IMG/VR virus record: IMGVR_UViG_3300031857_011362
Span: 1-64,000 of that record
Source: a virus
DNA length: 64,000 bases
Direction: 5' to 3' (one strand)
A program made the position numbers and the translations under genes. The notes beneath the pieces were generated by a model that saw nothing but the letters and a program-made list of their open reading frames with translations, was not told where the DNA came from and made no database searches. This document shows positions 11,201 to 20,787 of the stretch, one piece after another; within the stretch, counting starts at the first letter, position 1; each line of letters starts with the position of its first letter.

Positions 11201-11863
11201 GTGTTTACATCAACCCCTACTGGTTTTGTAGAGACTAGTATTCCTTACGGTGCTACTACTGCTAAACGTATTGTTATAGCCGGAGCGACCGGTGCTAACC
11301 CAACATATAATAGTGCAACAAATTATTATTTAAACAACGCATGGTCTGGTGCGGTAACAATTGCAGGTACTGATGAAGCAGTGGTTCGTTGGAATCAACT
11401 AAAGTGGTTCAATACTAATTTGAGTACAGGGTATTTACCAGTAGGACCTAATTTAAATTCAGGTAGAACTAGTGGAAATCAATACTTCCGTGGTGCATTT
11501 TCAAAAACATTGGTTCAAAATTTTAGAGTTACTATAACAGGTAAAATATCAGGACTATTCTTTGCAGTTCCAGGCACAACGATTGATACAGCTAGTACGT
11601 TGAATGGTTGGATTGATGCATCAATAACATACGATGGCGCAGGCGTACCTGGTGCAGGCGCTGGAGGAAATGGCAGTAACGGTTGTGCTAGTACACCTGG
11701 AGATAGAGTCCCTCTAGGTTCAGTAATTTCTGGAACAACATATAATATGACATTGGGTTCAGTGAGTACCGGAACTGCGATTTCAGGTTCTACCGGTAAT
11801 CAAGTACTATTCAGTATAGTGTTAGCCTCAGGAGATTATATAACATCATGGAGTTTTAGTTAA
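8297..11863 (+). CDS. PKD-domain virion structural protein
   Basis: Four W(N/T)xGDG-type PKD signatures (YLWNFGDG, IYWGDG, KWTWGDG twice) and the DRGSVLHYY..FIGWD module. Confidence 0.75.
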   Translation: MATILKKFNSLGGFSVGELTQTQTPIDVVDANANVSANYLSVGNNLAVSGDANITGNTSITGNLTVLGAVSYIQTTTTYVSDPLTETGGGPNGAPLTSDDNSDRGSVLHYYEGNVANGAPVDAFIGWDNSNSEFALASNVVVNKANNTVSYNQFGNIRLGNISATGDISTAGNITIEGNINITGSITSAGGSAAIVGNVIPLGDPYDANLLSPGALDTWSNTTTVTNAIDDLNEVMLNVVKNTFVGNVDFTANAVAGPSPLSLSFSRTFNGNGTSYLWNFGDGTTSTSSTPTKTYTNTLGGQFTVSLTVTNSSGIGAGSSDDKVKTNYITLYTPTPIASFTLDKTSLDTGTSVSLTNTSQYAQSYVIYWGDGTSDTIATNSEAGGTTGGAKTHTYSVTGSADTRYQPYIVATSTTAGPIDVSITSSTQNVYVYKTHSPTFTTSTLEGNNDYTLNPDGWNVIFTNTTPAGVGATSTFSNNYYKWTWGDGTTSNVNAGSGSAGDRNVNITHKFSLTNPAVTQTFTVQLEVYNGYSTSPFSSSTVTVTVHPDPQSIFTGNVVTLSDRTGDTSQTGYYFTDLNGTNRAIVRFTNSSLNTDSFKWTWGDGSNSGVITSGAGTPGSTIDHTFTSVGNYTIALLATGTYSESATDDTNTKTNYISINAAPAAPAGLSSKTLSMSTASVGTSPFLAALATDNSGGNIPAAGTSVTRYTTGTVITSTLSDVYNSYTGTLTNEFNGVDDGAIAFTSSDNAGTYGNLVVTLDRDAHVPSPATYPSDFYKVFSAYATKTISSVSTGYNQIKLTHSTTGNTNPAGFVKDDLTSVPTVDVSGATLTTGTAGTYLYISGVPYFNTGSPTVSLAGAQIYDWIGQTYRNTTTPFTIAPDTNDESTTGNVIVSQTKTYSNLDGATTFLATGIPKADTGKNSSNKYTIGSQTINVAPASTAAVQTIKYSATNVNGTSATATVATKIQVFTSTPTGFVETSIPYGATTAKRIVIAGATGANPTYNSATNYYLNNAWSGAVTIAGTDEAVVRWNQLKWFNTNLSTGYLPVGPNLNSGRTSGNQYFRGAFSKTLVQNFRVTITGKISGLFFAVPGTTIDTASTLNGWIDASITYDGAGVPGAGAGGNGSNGCASTPGDRVPLGSVISGTTYNMTLGSVSTGTAISGSTGNQVLFSIVLASGDYITSWSFS

Positions 11864-13089
11864 TGGCCTTATCTACTACAGAACAACTTGACTTCCTTTG
11901 GAAAAAGGTAGGCTTCGGGGTAACTAAAACTGATACCGCAGCAAATAAATTAGCGTTTAACGAAGCTATACCTAGTCCGTTACTATTACGTGCGGATAAA
12001 CTATGGGCACAGGCTTCAGAAATTCCTAATGCTAGACCCGATACAACTTCTACTATTGTTAGAATTTATAAAGATGGTACTGGTTCTTGGACTCCTACTG
12101 CTAAATTAATAGAAGACACTGCCGCAAGTGACAATAGAACTTGGAAAACGAATCTTACTGATTGGATTCCGCCCGAGTTTGGATCAACATATTTAGTTAG
12201 TGTTTACATTGATAATGATAATGCTACAACCCCACAAACTACAGGAACACGTATATTTGCCGCTGGCGCCAGCGGAACCAGCAATGATGAATGGTTCTTT
12301 GATTATCAATCGGGTGTACTGCATTTTATAGGAACAAACTTACCTACAGCAATTACAACCGGTGTTACTGGCAAAAGTATATTCATAAGTGGTGCTAGAT
12401 ATGTAGGTAAATTTGGTATTAGTTCCGCCGATACCCTAACTGCCAATACAGTTGTTATTACTACTTCTGCTAATATTGGTAACTTGAGAATAGCTGATAC
12501 AACTATTTCAAGCACAACAGCTAATAGTGATATAACATTGAATCCAGATGGTACTGGTAATATTAGTTTATCTGCAAACACAACTGTTACCGGAAACACA
12601 ACCGTTATAGGAAATCTAGTAGCTACCAATGCTAATTTGGGTAACGCTACATATGCTAATTACTTCATTGGTGATGGTAGTTTACTAACTAATATCTCAA
12701 CCTCTGCGATTGCAGGAAATTTATCAGTAGATAATGTTACTGCAAACTCAATAACCATATCTACTATTTTTAGTGGGAATTTGAACACCGTTAATGTTGT
12801 CACTGGTGCTAATACCGAAATTGACAGTTTTGCGATTGCATCGGCCAGAACCGCTAAATATGTAGTTAAAGCCAGTAATGATGATGGTTATGAATCTCTA
12901 GAAATATTATTGATACACAACGGCACTGACAGTTTCATAACAATTTATGGTTCAATTAGTACCGCGACAGACAGTAATAGTATTGTTAGTCTTTCTAGCA
13001 ATATTTCATCAGGGAACATTAAATTATATGCATCGGGATCCAATGCAAACACGGTTGTAAATTTTGTTGGTACCTACATTACTGATTAA
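11863..13089 (+). CDS. Putative virion structural protein
   Basis: 408 aa with a TAATG overlap; C-terminal domain paralogous to 4541 and 5261. Confidence 0.65.
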   Translation: MALSTTEQLDFLWKKVGFGVTKTDTAANKLAFNEAIPSPLLLRADKLWAQASEIPNARPDTTSTIVRIYKDGTGSWTPTAKLIEDTAASDNRTWKTNLTDWIPPEFGSTYLVSVYIDNDNATTPQTTGTRIFAAGASGTSNDEWFFDYQSGVLHFIGTNLPTAITTGVTGKSIFISGARYVGKFGISSADTLTANTVVITTSANIGNLRIADTTISSTTANSDITLNPDGTGNISLSANTTVTGNTTVIGNLVATNANLGNATYANYFIGDGSLLTNISTSAIAGNLSVDNVTANSITISTIFSGNLNTVNVVTGANTEIDSFAIASARTAKYVVKASNDDGYESLEILLIHNGTDSFITIYGSISTATDSNSIVSLSSNISSGNIKLYASGSNANTVVNFVGTYITD

Positions 13090-13106
13090 TGAGAACATAG
13101 AATAAC

Positions 13107-13634
13107 ATGACAACAAGAAATTTTAACGTTAAAGTAGGTATATCTACTGGTAATATCATACTAGACGCTGCCAGCGGAAATGCAAACGTAGCCAACCTTA
13201 ATGCCGTTAATTATGTAAGAGCGGGCAACTTGTCAGTTACCTTATTAGCGTCTAATCTGATTCCTAATTCCAATGGTGTATTATCACTAGCAAACGCTAA
13301 TAGCAGATACAAAGACTTATTTTTAACTGGTAATATTGACATTAATGGGCAAACAATCTCAGCAAATGTTGACGGGATTACTGCCGGAAACATGTTTTTA
13401 GATGCTCTAAATGTTGACACTGTAACAGTGAATACGCAACTTGTCATAAATAGTAGTACACAATCTACATCTACTGGTACCGGAAGTTTTGTTACTGAGG
13501 GTGGGGTTGGGATTAAGAAAGATTTGACAGTGGGAGGCAATATTAACTTAGCAACAAGTTCAAATGCTAATCCATTGGGAGTTATTAATTATAACTCAAC
13601 TTCTAGTAGTATAGATTTTAAATTTAACGGATAA
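13107..13634 (+). CDS. Putative virion structural protein
   Basis: 175 aa; SLANANSRYKDLFLTG motif; the C-terminal SIDFKFNG end is shared with 14629. Confidence 0.6.
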   Translation: MTTRNFNVKVGISTGNIILDAASGNANVANLNAVNYVRAGNLSVTLLASNLIPNSNGVLSLANANSRYKDLFLTGNIDINGQTISANVDGITAGNMFLDALNVDTVTVNTQLVINSSTQSTSTGTGSFVTEGGVGIKKDLTVGGNINLATSSNANPLGVINYNSTSSSIDFKFNG

Positions 13635-13637
13635 TAT

Positions 13638-14585
13638 ATGGCAACAATTGGGGCAAGATTAAAGAATGACGGGACACTGCTTACAGCAGGTAATGATCCG
13701 TTGGAATTTGACGATGGCTTGGATGAGGTAACTCAATCCATACATAGTGTCACGGTTACACAAATATTTGCAAGCGAATTTGATGAAGTTACTCTGTCAA
13801 CTGGTCAACCCTCAGGTGGCTCAATTTTGTTAAATGGGTCAACTAGTTATCTAACAGTGCCTGGTAGTGGGGACTTTCAATTTGGAAATGATCCGTTTAC
13901 CATTGAAGGATGGTTTTATGCTACTGCAAATACATATCAACGTTTATGGTGTTTTCCAAACGGAGACAATGTTGAACTACTAGGCTCAGCATTATACTAT
14001 TGGAATGGGGTAGATACTCCTATTAGTAGTGGATCTAATGTAATTCCTCAAAATCAATGGTTTCACGTAGCACTAGTTAAAACATCTGTAAGTGATGCTA
14101 AAGTATATGTCAATGGGATATCAGTAATTACTGACAATGCCCCTTATAATTCAAGTACATCTAGAGCACTAGTTATAGGTGGTGAAGGTGGTTCTGACGT
14201 TACTGGACAAAGTCCGTCCTCTGGGGCAGATGGTTTTTTCACCGGTAACATAACTAATTTTCGTGTAGTAAAAGGAGTAGCAGTGTATACTGGTAATTTC
14301 AGTACACCCTATTCTCCTCTTGGCGCTACACAACTTAGCAGTGTTAACATTTCTGCTATAACCGGTTCAGCTACTGTGTTGTTGTTAAGAGCAATAACGT
14401 CACTAGCTTTAACAACAGATGATTCGGGAACGAATAAAGCTGTTACTAATGTTGGTGGCGCAGTGTTTAGTGCATTGACACCGCTATCGTCTAATTACAA
14501 CGGAAAAATGAAGCAGAGAAAATCTGGTCAATTACTTGTTGCAAATGAATTCGATGAGTATACTGGGATTACAGTGTCAGTGTAA
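13638..14585 (+). CDS. LamG/ConA-like lectin-domain structural protein
   Basis: Motifs FTIEGWFY, WFHVALV, VYVNG and FTGNITNFRVVKG; both termini match the 77-aa gene at 18738. Confidence 0.8.
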   Translation: MATIGARLKNDGTLLTAGNDPLEFDDGLDEVTQSIHSVTVTQIFASEFDEVTLSTGQPSGGSILLNGSTSYLTVPGSGDFQFGNDPFTIEGWFYATANTYQRLWCFPNGDNVELLGSALYYWNGVDTPISSGSNVIPQNQWFHVALVKTSVSDAKVYVNGISVITDNAPYNSSTSRALVIGGEGGSDVTGQSPSSGADGFFTGNITNFRVVKGVAVYTGNFSTPYSPLGATQLSSVNISAITGSATVLLLRAITSLALTTDDSGTNKAVTNVGGAVFSALTPLSSNYNGKMKQRKSGQLLVANEFDEYTGITVSV

Positions 14586-14628
14586 AAACACTATAAACTA
14601 ACAAACGAAAGAATAAAAGGAAAATAAA

Positions 14629-17600
14629 ATGGCAAAATTAAAAGGCGGTACTAGAATTTACGGTAATGCTAATGTTGATTCTACGCTAACCACGTTGGAT
14701 TTAGTTGTTACCGGTAACATGACGATTCAGGGAACAACTACTACAGTTGATTCAACAATAACAACAATTGAAGATCCAGTAATCACGTTAGGTACAAACG
14801 CTACAAATGACGGGCTTGACCGTGGTCTTATCTTACAATATAATGACGGCGCAGCCAAAACAGGCTTCTTGGGTTGGGATCAAAGCCTAGGTGAATTTGC
14901 CGCGGTAGCCACAACTACTTTTACGGCAGCAAACAATAGCGTTGTAATTGGTACTTATGGTAATGTTCATGGATTACACTTTGTTGGTATTGGTGACACG
15001 CTATCTAGTATCACTGGTGCTAATGTTACTGGTACGGTTAATAATGCAAACATGTCTGCATTTGCAGGTAACGTTACAAACCCTGCACAGGGAAATATTA
15101 CTAGTGTAGGTACACTGACTGGTTTAACTGTAGGTAATGTAACTGCAAACACTACATTTGGTAATGGTACAATTACAGCTAATGGTGTAGTATCTATTAC
15201 TGATGCTACTATTTCTACATCAACATCATCCGGTGCATTAAAAGTTACAGGTGGTGCGGGGGTTGGTGGTAATTTATACGTTGGTGGAAACATCTATGGT
15301 AACTTTGCAGGTAACATTGCAGCCAAAGGCGCCAATACACAAGTTCAGTTCAATGATGATGGTGTTCAAAACGCAACGGCTGGACTTACTTTTAATAAGA
15401 ACGATAATGCACTAACTGCAACAGGCACAATCACTGGTGGCAATTTATCAACCGCCGGTACACTAAGTGTAACAGGTAATGCTAACGTTGGTAATTTAGG
15501 TACAGTTGGATCAATTGATGCTACAGGTACAATTACTGGTGGTAATTTATCAACAGGTGGAACACTAAGTGTAACGGCCAATGCTAACGTTGGTAATTTA
15601 GGTACAGGTGGACTAATTACTGCTACTGGCAATGTGTCTGGTGGTAACTTAACAACAGCCGGTGACGTAACAACGGTTACAGTAACTGCTTCGGGGAACA
15701 TCAGCACTACTGCAAATCTTTCTGTCACTGGTACAGCAAATGTTACTGGTATTGCAAATGCAGCCGGTGGCTTTAGAACTGGTGCAAATATTGACGGTAC
15801 CGGCTCAAGTAGTAGCTTAAATATCAAATATATCGAGGCAACTGGTACAGCAAATATTACAAGTACTGCTACTGTTGGTAATTTAGTATCAGGTGGTACA
15901 GCAAACGTAACTGGTAACGCTACAGTCGGTAATTTAAGTACTGCAGGTAGAGCTACTGTTGGTAACTTGACAATGAGTGCAGGTGCATTGGTTACCGGTA
16001 ATTTTATTCCAGATACAAATATTGCATATGATTTGGGTAATTCTACACGTGCATGGAGAGACTTATATTTGTCTGGTAGTAGTCTTATACTAGGTTCACA
16101 AACAATTACTTCCAATACAGATGGAGTTACTTTATCTAACTCAATTAACACAACCAATATTACTGCTTCTAATACAATTAGCACAGTGACACTGAATGCA
16201 TCTGGTGCAATCACTGGTGCTAACGTTACCGCTAACAACCTATCAAATACACAAGTTGCATTTGCAAATGGTAGCAAGATAGTTGGAGATGCTAATCTTA
16301 CATTTACTTCAACTACTGGTACATTAAGTGCTAATTTATTTACAGGTACACTAACAACAAATGCACAACCTAACGTCACTAGTGTTGGCACATTAACTGG
16401 ATTGACAGTAACCTCTAACATTGTTGGTAACATTGCTGGTTTTGCATATACTGTTGCTAATGGAACTCAATCCAACATTACTAGTTTGGGTACATTAACA
16501 AGTTTAGTTGTTTCCGGAAATATTCAATCTAATGCAACTGTAATCACAGATAACATTCTTGCAAAAGGAATAAACGTAACTGTAACTGCCGGTACAGATG
16601 GTAACATTGTATTAGCCCCGCAAGGTACTGGTACAGTTGATGTTTCTAGCAAGCGTATTACTGGTCTAGCAACCCCAACACAAGCGACAGATGCCGCTAC
16701 AAAAGGCTATGTTGATGCTTCATCACAAGGATTGGATATTAAGAATTCAGTTCGTGCGGCTACAACAACAAACATTACTTTAAGCGGTACTCAAACTGTT
16801 GACGGTGTGGCACTTGCTGTTGGTAATCGTGTACTAGTTAAAGATCAAACTACTGCAAGTCAGAATGGTATCTATGTTGTAGCCTCAGGCTTGTGGTCAC
16901 GTGCAGTAGATGCCGATGACAACGGAGATCTTACTGCTGGGTCATTTACTTTCGTTGAAGAAGGTACTTACAATAATGATTCAGGTTGGGTAATTTCTAC
17001 TAATGGCGAGATTGTTATTGGTACTGATGGTATAGCTTGGACACAATTCTCAGGTACTGGCTCATACTCAGCTAGTAATGGTGTACAATTAATTGGTACT
17101 AATTTTAGTGCTAATGTTGATAATTCTACAATTGCTGTTGTATCTGGTGCATTAAAAGTTAAAGATGGTCTAACATTAGTTACACCAAACATCGGTGTTG
17201 CAACTGGTACAAGTTTAAACTTAGGTTCTGGAGCAATCGATTCCGGTAACATCACTGTTGTGGCGAATGCGGACATCACATTAAGTGGTGTTGACTCACA
17301 AATCACTGGTGCAAACTTAGTTAGTGCTACATATATTACCGGTACATTAACAACGGCTGCACAACCTAACATTACTAGTGTTGGTACGTTGGGTAATCTA
17401 AATGTTGCTACAACACTAAATGTAGCTACTAATGCATTTATTGCAAATGCAAATGGTATCTACACAAATGGATACTACTATGCAAACGGAGCAGCAATTG
17501 ACTTCCAAACAGCCGCAGGTAATGCTACTGAACTTCAGTTCAAAGCAACTGGTTCTAATGATTTAGCATCAAGTCCTAACTTAACATTCAGTGGTACTGA

Positions 17601-18726
17601 ATTGAGTGTTACTGGTACAGCCAATATATCTGGTCAAGTAATTGCAGGTAACTTAAAAACAGATAGTTTGACTACTGGTCGTGTTACCTTACAAGGTGCA
17701 GGTAATGTATTAGCTGATAATGCTAACTTAACATTCAGTGGTACTGAATTGAGTGTTACTGGTACAGCCAATATATCTGGTCAAGTAATTGCAGGTAACG
17801 TTAAAACAGCTAGCCTAACTGTTGGCCGTGTAACATTTGCTGGTACTGGAAATATATTAGCTGACGATGAAGGCTTAACATTTGATGCATCAACTAATGA
17901 ATTACAGAGTGGAAATGCTAACGTTGCAGTTAATATGACTGCGGGTAATGTCACTTCACGTAACTTAACTTCAGGTAGAATTACGTTTGCAACATCAGGT
18001 GGATTACTATCTGACAATGCAAACTTGTTGTTTAATACAACTGGTAATATTCTCACAGTTGACAATGTGACCGCATCGGGTAATGTAAATGCTGGACAAT
18101 TTATTGGTAATGGTGTTCAACTTAGTAACGTTGCCGGTGGTAATGTTTCTGGTCAAGTTGCTAATGCATTAGTTGCAGGTACGGTTTATACTGCGGCACA
18201 ACTAAACATTACTAGCGTAGGTAATTTGACCGGATTAACTGTAACTGGTTTAACTACGCTAAACACCCTTGCTAATGTTAAAATTTCCGGTGGTGCAAAT
18301 GGTCAAATTATTTCAACAGATGGCGCAGGCAATTTAAGTTTCATATCTAATGATAGTGGTACAATTGTAAATGGTACAAGTAACGTAAGCATCCCCACTC
18401 TAAATGGTAACATCATTATGGTCAGCGGAGGAAATACTGTACTTACTGTGACTGGTGTAGGAGCTAATATAACTGGTACACTTGACGTAACTGGTAACAT
18501 TAGTGGTAATAATATATCTGCCGCAAATACAATTACTGCATCAGCTAATACAGATTCAACATCTAGTATTACTGGTACAATAAAAGTAACAGGTGGTATG
18601 GCAGCAACGGGTAATATCTATACTGGTAAATCAGTTGGATTTGCTAACAACAACGGTGGAACTACTAGTAAGGCATACATTCAATTCAACGACACTGCAA
18701 ATAGTTTAGACTTCATCTTCAATTAA
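14629..18726 (+). CDS. Large tail-fibre-like protein
   Basis: 1365 aa of beta-repeats; DAATKGYVD...SVRAATT...RVLVKDQT..QNGIYV domain typical of phage fibre proteins. Confidence 0.75.
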   Translation: MAKLKGGTRIYGNANVDSTLTTLDLVVTGNMTIQGTTTTVDSTITTIEDPVITLGTNATNDGLDRGLILQYNDGAAKTGFLGWDQSLGEFAAVATTTFTAANNSVVIGTYGNVHGLHFVGIGDTLSSITGANVTGTVNNANMSAFAGNVTNPAQGNITSVGTLTGLTVGNVTANTTFGNGTITANGVVSITDATISTSTSSGALKVTGGAGVGGNLYVGGNIYGNFAGNIAAKGANTQVQFNDDGVQNATAGLTFNKNDNALTATGTITGGNLSTAGTLSVTGNANVGNLGTVGSIDATGTITGGNLSTGGTLSVTANANVGNLGTGGLITATGNVSGGNLTTAGDVTTVTVTASGNISTTANLSVTGTANVTGIANAAGGFRTGANIDGTGSSSSLNIKYIEATGTANITSTATVGNLVSGGTANVTGNATVGNLSTAGRATVGNLTMSAGALVTGNFIPDTNIAYDLGNSTRAWRDLYLSGSSLILGSQTITSNTDGVTLSNSINTTNITASNTISTVTLNASGAITGANVTANNLSNTQVAFANGSKIVGDANLTFTSTTGTLSANLFTGTLTTNAQPNVTSVGTLTGLTVTSNIVGNIAGFAYTVANGTQSNITSLGTLTSLVVSGNIQSNATVITDNILAKGINVTVTAGTDGNIVLAPQGTGTVDVSSKRITGLATPTQATDAATKGYVDASSQGLDIKNSVRAATTTNITLSGTQTVDGVALAVGNRVLVKDQTTASQNGIYVVASGLWSRAVDADDNGDLTAGSFTFVEEGTYNNDSGWVISTNGEIVIGTDGIAWTQFSGTGSYSASNGVQLIGTNFSANVDNSTIAVVSGALKVKDGLTLVTPNIGVATGTSLNLGSGAIDSGNITVVANADITLSGVDSQITGANLVSATYITGTLTTAAQPNITSVGTLGNLNVATTLNVATNAFIANANGIYTNGYYYANGAAIDFQTAAGNATELQFKATGSNDLASSPNLTFSGTELSVTGTANISGQVIAGNLKTDSLTTGRVTLQGAGNVLADNANLTFSGTELSVTGTANISGQVIAGNVKTASLTVGRVTFAGTGNILADDEGLTFDASTNELQSGNANVAVNMTAGNVTSRNLTSGRITFATSGGLLSDNANLLFNTTGNILTVDNVTASGNVNAGQFIGNGVQLSNVAGGNVSGQVANALVAGTVYTAAQLNITSVGNLTGLTVTGLTTLNTLANVKISGGANGQIISTDGAGNLSFISNDSGTIVNGTSNVSIPTLNGNIIMVSGGNTVLTVTGVGANITGTLDVTGNISGNNISAANTITASANTDSTSSITGTIKVTGGMAATGNIYTGKSVGFANNNGGTTSKAYIQFNDTANSLDFIFN
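17576..17799 (+). repeat. Two exact 77-bp copies with a 147-bp period (17576-17652 and 17723-17799)
   Basis: Direct comparison of the two segments; in-frame 49-aa repeat. Confidence 0.9.
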
Positions 18727-18737
18727 TTGGAGGTGAA

Positions 18738-18971
18738 ATGGCTAATATTGCGGCTAGATTGGATAGCACTGGCAAGCTCTACACTAACAGTAATGGTAAT
18801 GTAGGGTTTAACGAGATCAGTCAGAGCAACATAAGCATCACCCTTAACGGGGTGTTTGCTTATACTTTGGATGAGTACACTGGCACTGAAAATGGCAAGG
18901 CCATGCAACAGCTAAATACGGGTGTACTTAAAATTTCCGGAGTTTTTGACGAGGTGTCGGGAATTACATAA
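18738..18971 (+). CDS. Small structural/connector protein; LamG-less paralogue of 13638
   Basis: MANIAARL...DEYTG...FDEVSGIT aligns with both ends of 13638. Confidence 0.7.
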   Translation: MANIAARLDSTGKLYTNSNGNVGFNEISQSNISITLNGVFAYTLDEYTGTENGKAMQQLNTGVLKISGVFDEVSGIT

Positions 18972-18992
18972 GTATATGTAAGGCAGAAATGT

Positions 18993-20786
18993 ATGGCTCT
19001 ATTAAAATCAGGTACTAGAATTTATGGAAATGCAACTATCGATACCCAATTGGCAATCGATGGTAGTAATTCCGCAACCAGTGCTAATACCGGTGCACTA
19101 GTTTTATCAAACGGTGGTTTAGGTGTACATGGTAACATCTACTCTGGTGCTGGATTATTTGCCACAGACGCTACTATCAGTGGTAATTTAACTGTAGGTG
19201 GCAATATAGCATACATCAATGTAACCAATTCTTACTTAACTGATGCACTAATTGAATTGGGTGGTAATAGTAACGGTGGTGCATTAACTTCTGATGACAA
19301 CAAAGATAGGGGTACTTTACTTCATTATCACGATGGCAACACGGCCGTTGACGCATTTATGGGTTGGGATAACTCAAATAATGAATTTGGATTTGGTAGT
19401 AATGTAACTGTAGCTAACAACGTAGTAACTATTAATCAATATGGTAATGTACGTGCTGACAGGTATTATGGTAATGGTAGTTCGTTGACTGGAGTTGTAG
19501 CAGATACACTTGGCGGACCTATTGCCAATCTAACGGTATCAGGTAATATTAATTTTGCAGGTACTAGTAACATCTTATTGGGCAATGTTTCTAACATCAA
19601 CTTAGGTGGTGGAACTGTTGGACAATTCTTACGTACAGATGGTAATGGTAATATTGCATTCGCATCAGTACAATCATTAGTCAAATCAAATATAACAAAT
19701 ATTGTTGCAGGATCTGCGATTGACATAACAGTGGATATGGGTAATTTAACATATCCGGGTGGTATATTTACACTAGAACAGTTAGGACCGATCAGTTTAT
19801 CAGCTACAAATCAATGGAATCAGAGTGGAGCTAACATTGGTACAAGTAAAAACGCTTATGCAAATTTTATTGCAAACACGGTTAATACATCGAATATAAA
19901 AATTACATTAAATCTAGCTAATGCTACATTTAATATCAATGCACAAAGTGATTCAATAACTTTTGGTAGTAGTACTATAACAGGTGCTAATCTAACAGCC
20001 TTAGGTATCACTGGTACAGGCGGAACTTATACTGTACCTAGCACATATCTAACCTCTAGTTCAACGCAAACAAATACTTCAGTACCTACCTCTGTAAGTT
20101 TAACTACTAATAGAAACATTCAAACTGGTTCTGGAACAACATTAACAAACAATCAACCAGTACCGTTTAATGTTACTGCATTGTCTGGTACGTTCCCAGC
20201 GAGTACAGTTCCATATTGGAGCTTGAATCAAACATTCAATTGGAATGCTACCACAACTGCAGGTGCAACTGTAGCCAGCGGTAATGTTGCATATGCAAAT
20301 ACAGCTAATAGCGTCAGTGGATCATTAACTAGTGTAGGTGCTACTAGTGGAACAAGTGTATCATTGGATAGTACGTTAACATATACCCTTACTAGTAATG
20401 ATTACTTTGGCGCTGGCCAATTTGGTGCTGGGTCTAGAACAATGACAACTACAGTAAATGGCACAGTTAACCCTGCAACAAAATACTACCCGTTGTTTTG
20501 GAAAACAACAGCTAACAGCACTATCCCTACATTTACAACCAGTGATAGTCGCAATAGCAATAATTTTGCAGTAGGTCAATCAGCAAATACAACAGCAATA
20601 TCTACGGATTTTCTATGGCTAGCAACACCTACTAATGTCGCACATACTTTTAAACATATTTTCTTAGGCTCAGATATTGTAGACACACCAGATGCATCTG
20701 CTAATATTACTATATCCGAACAAACATACCGTGTTTGGGGATTTACGAACTTTAGTGCAATTACTGCAATTATAGTAACTTCATAA
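18993..20786 (+). CDS. Virion structural protein
   Basis: N-terminus LKSGTRIYGNA matches 14629; carries the DRGTLLHYH..FMGWD module. Confidence 0.7.
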   Translation: MALLKSGTRIYGNATIDTQLAIDGSNSATSANTGALVLSNGGLGVHGNIYSGAGLFATDATISGNLTVGGNIAYINVTNSYLTDALIELGGNSNGGALTSDDNKDRGTLLHYHDGNTAVDAFMGWDNSNNEFGFGSNVTVANNVVTINQYGNVRADRYYGNGSSLTGVVADTLGGPIANLTVSGNINFAGTSNILLGNVSNINLGGGTVGQFLRTDGNGNIAFASVQSLVKSNITNIVAGSAIDITVDMGNLTYPGGIFTLEQLGPISLSATNQWNQSGANIGTSKNAYANFIANTVNTSNIKITLNLANATFNINAQSDSITFGSSTITGANLTALGITGTGGTYTVPSTYLTSSSTQTNTSVPTSVSLTTNRNIQTGSGTTLTNNQPVPFNVTALSGTFPASTVPYWSLNQTFNWNATTTAGATVASGNVAYANTANSVSGSLTSVGATSGTSVSLDSTLTYTLTSNDYFGAGQFGAGSRTMTTTVNGTVNPATKYYPLFWKTTANSTIPTFTTSDSRNSNNFAVGQSANTTAISTDFLWLATPTNVAHTFKHIFLGSDIVDTPDASANITISEQTYRVWGFTNFSAITAIIVTS

Positions 20787-20787
20787 T

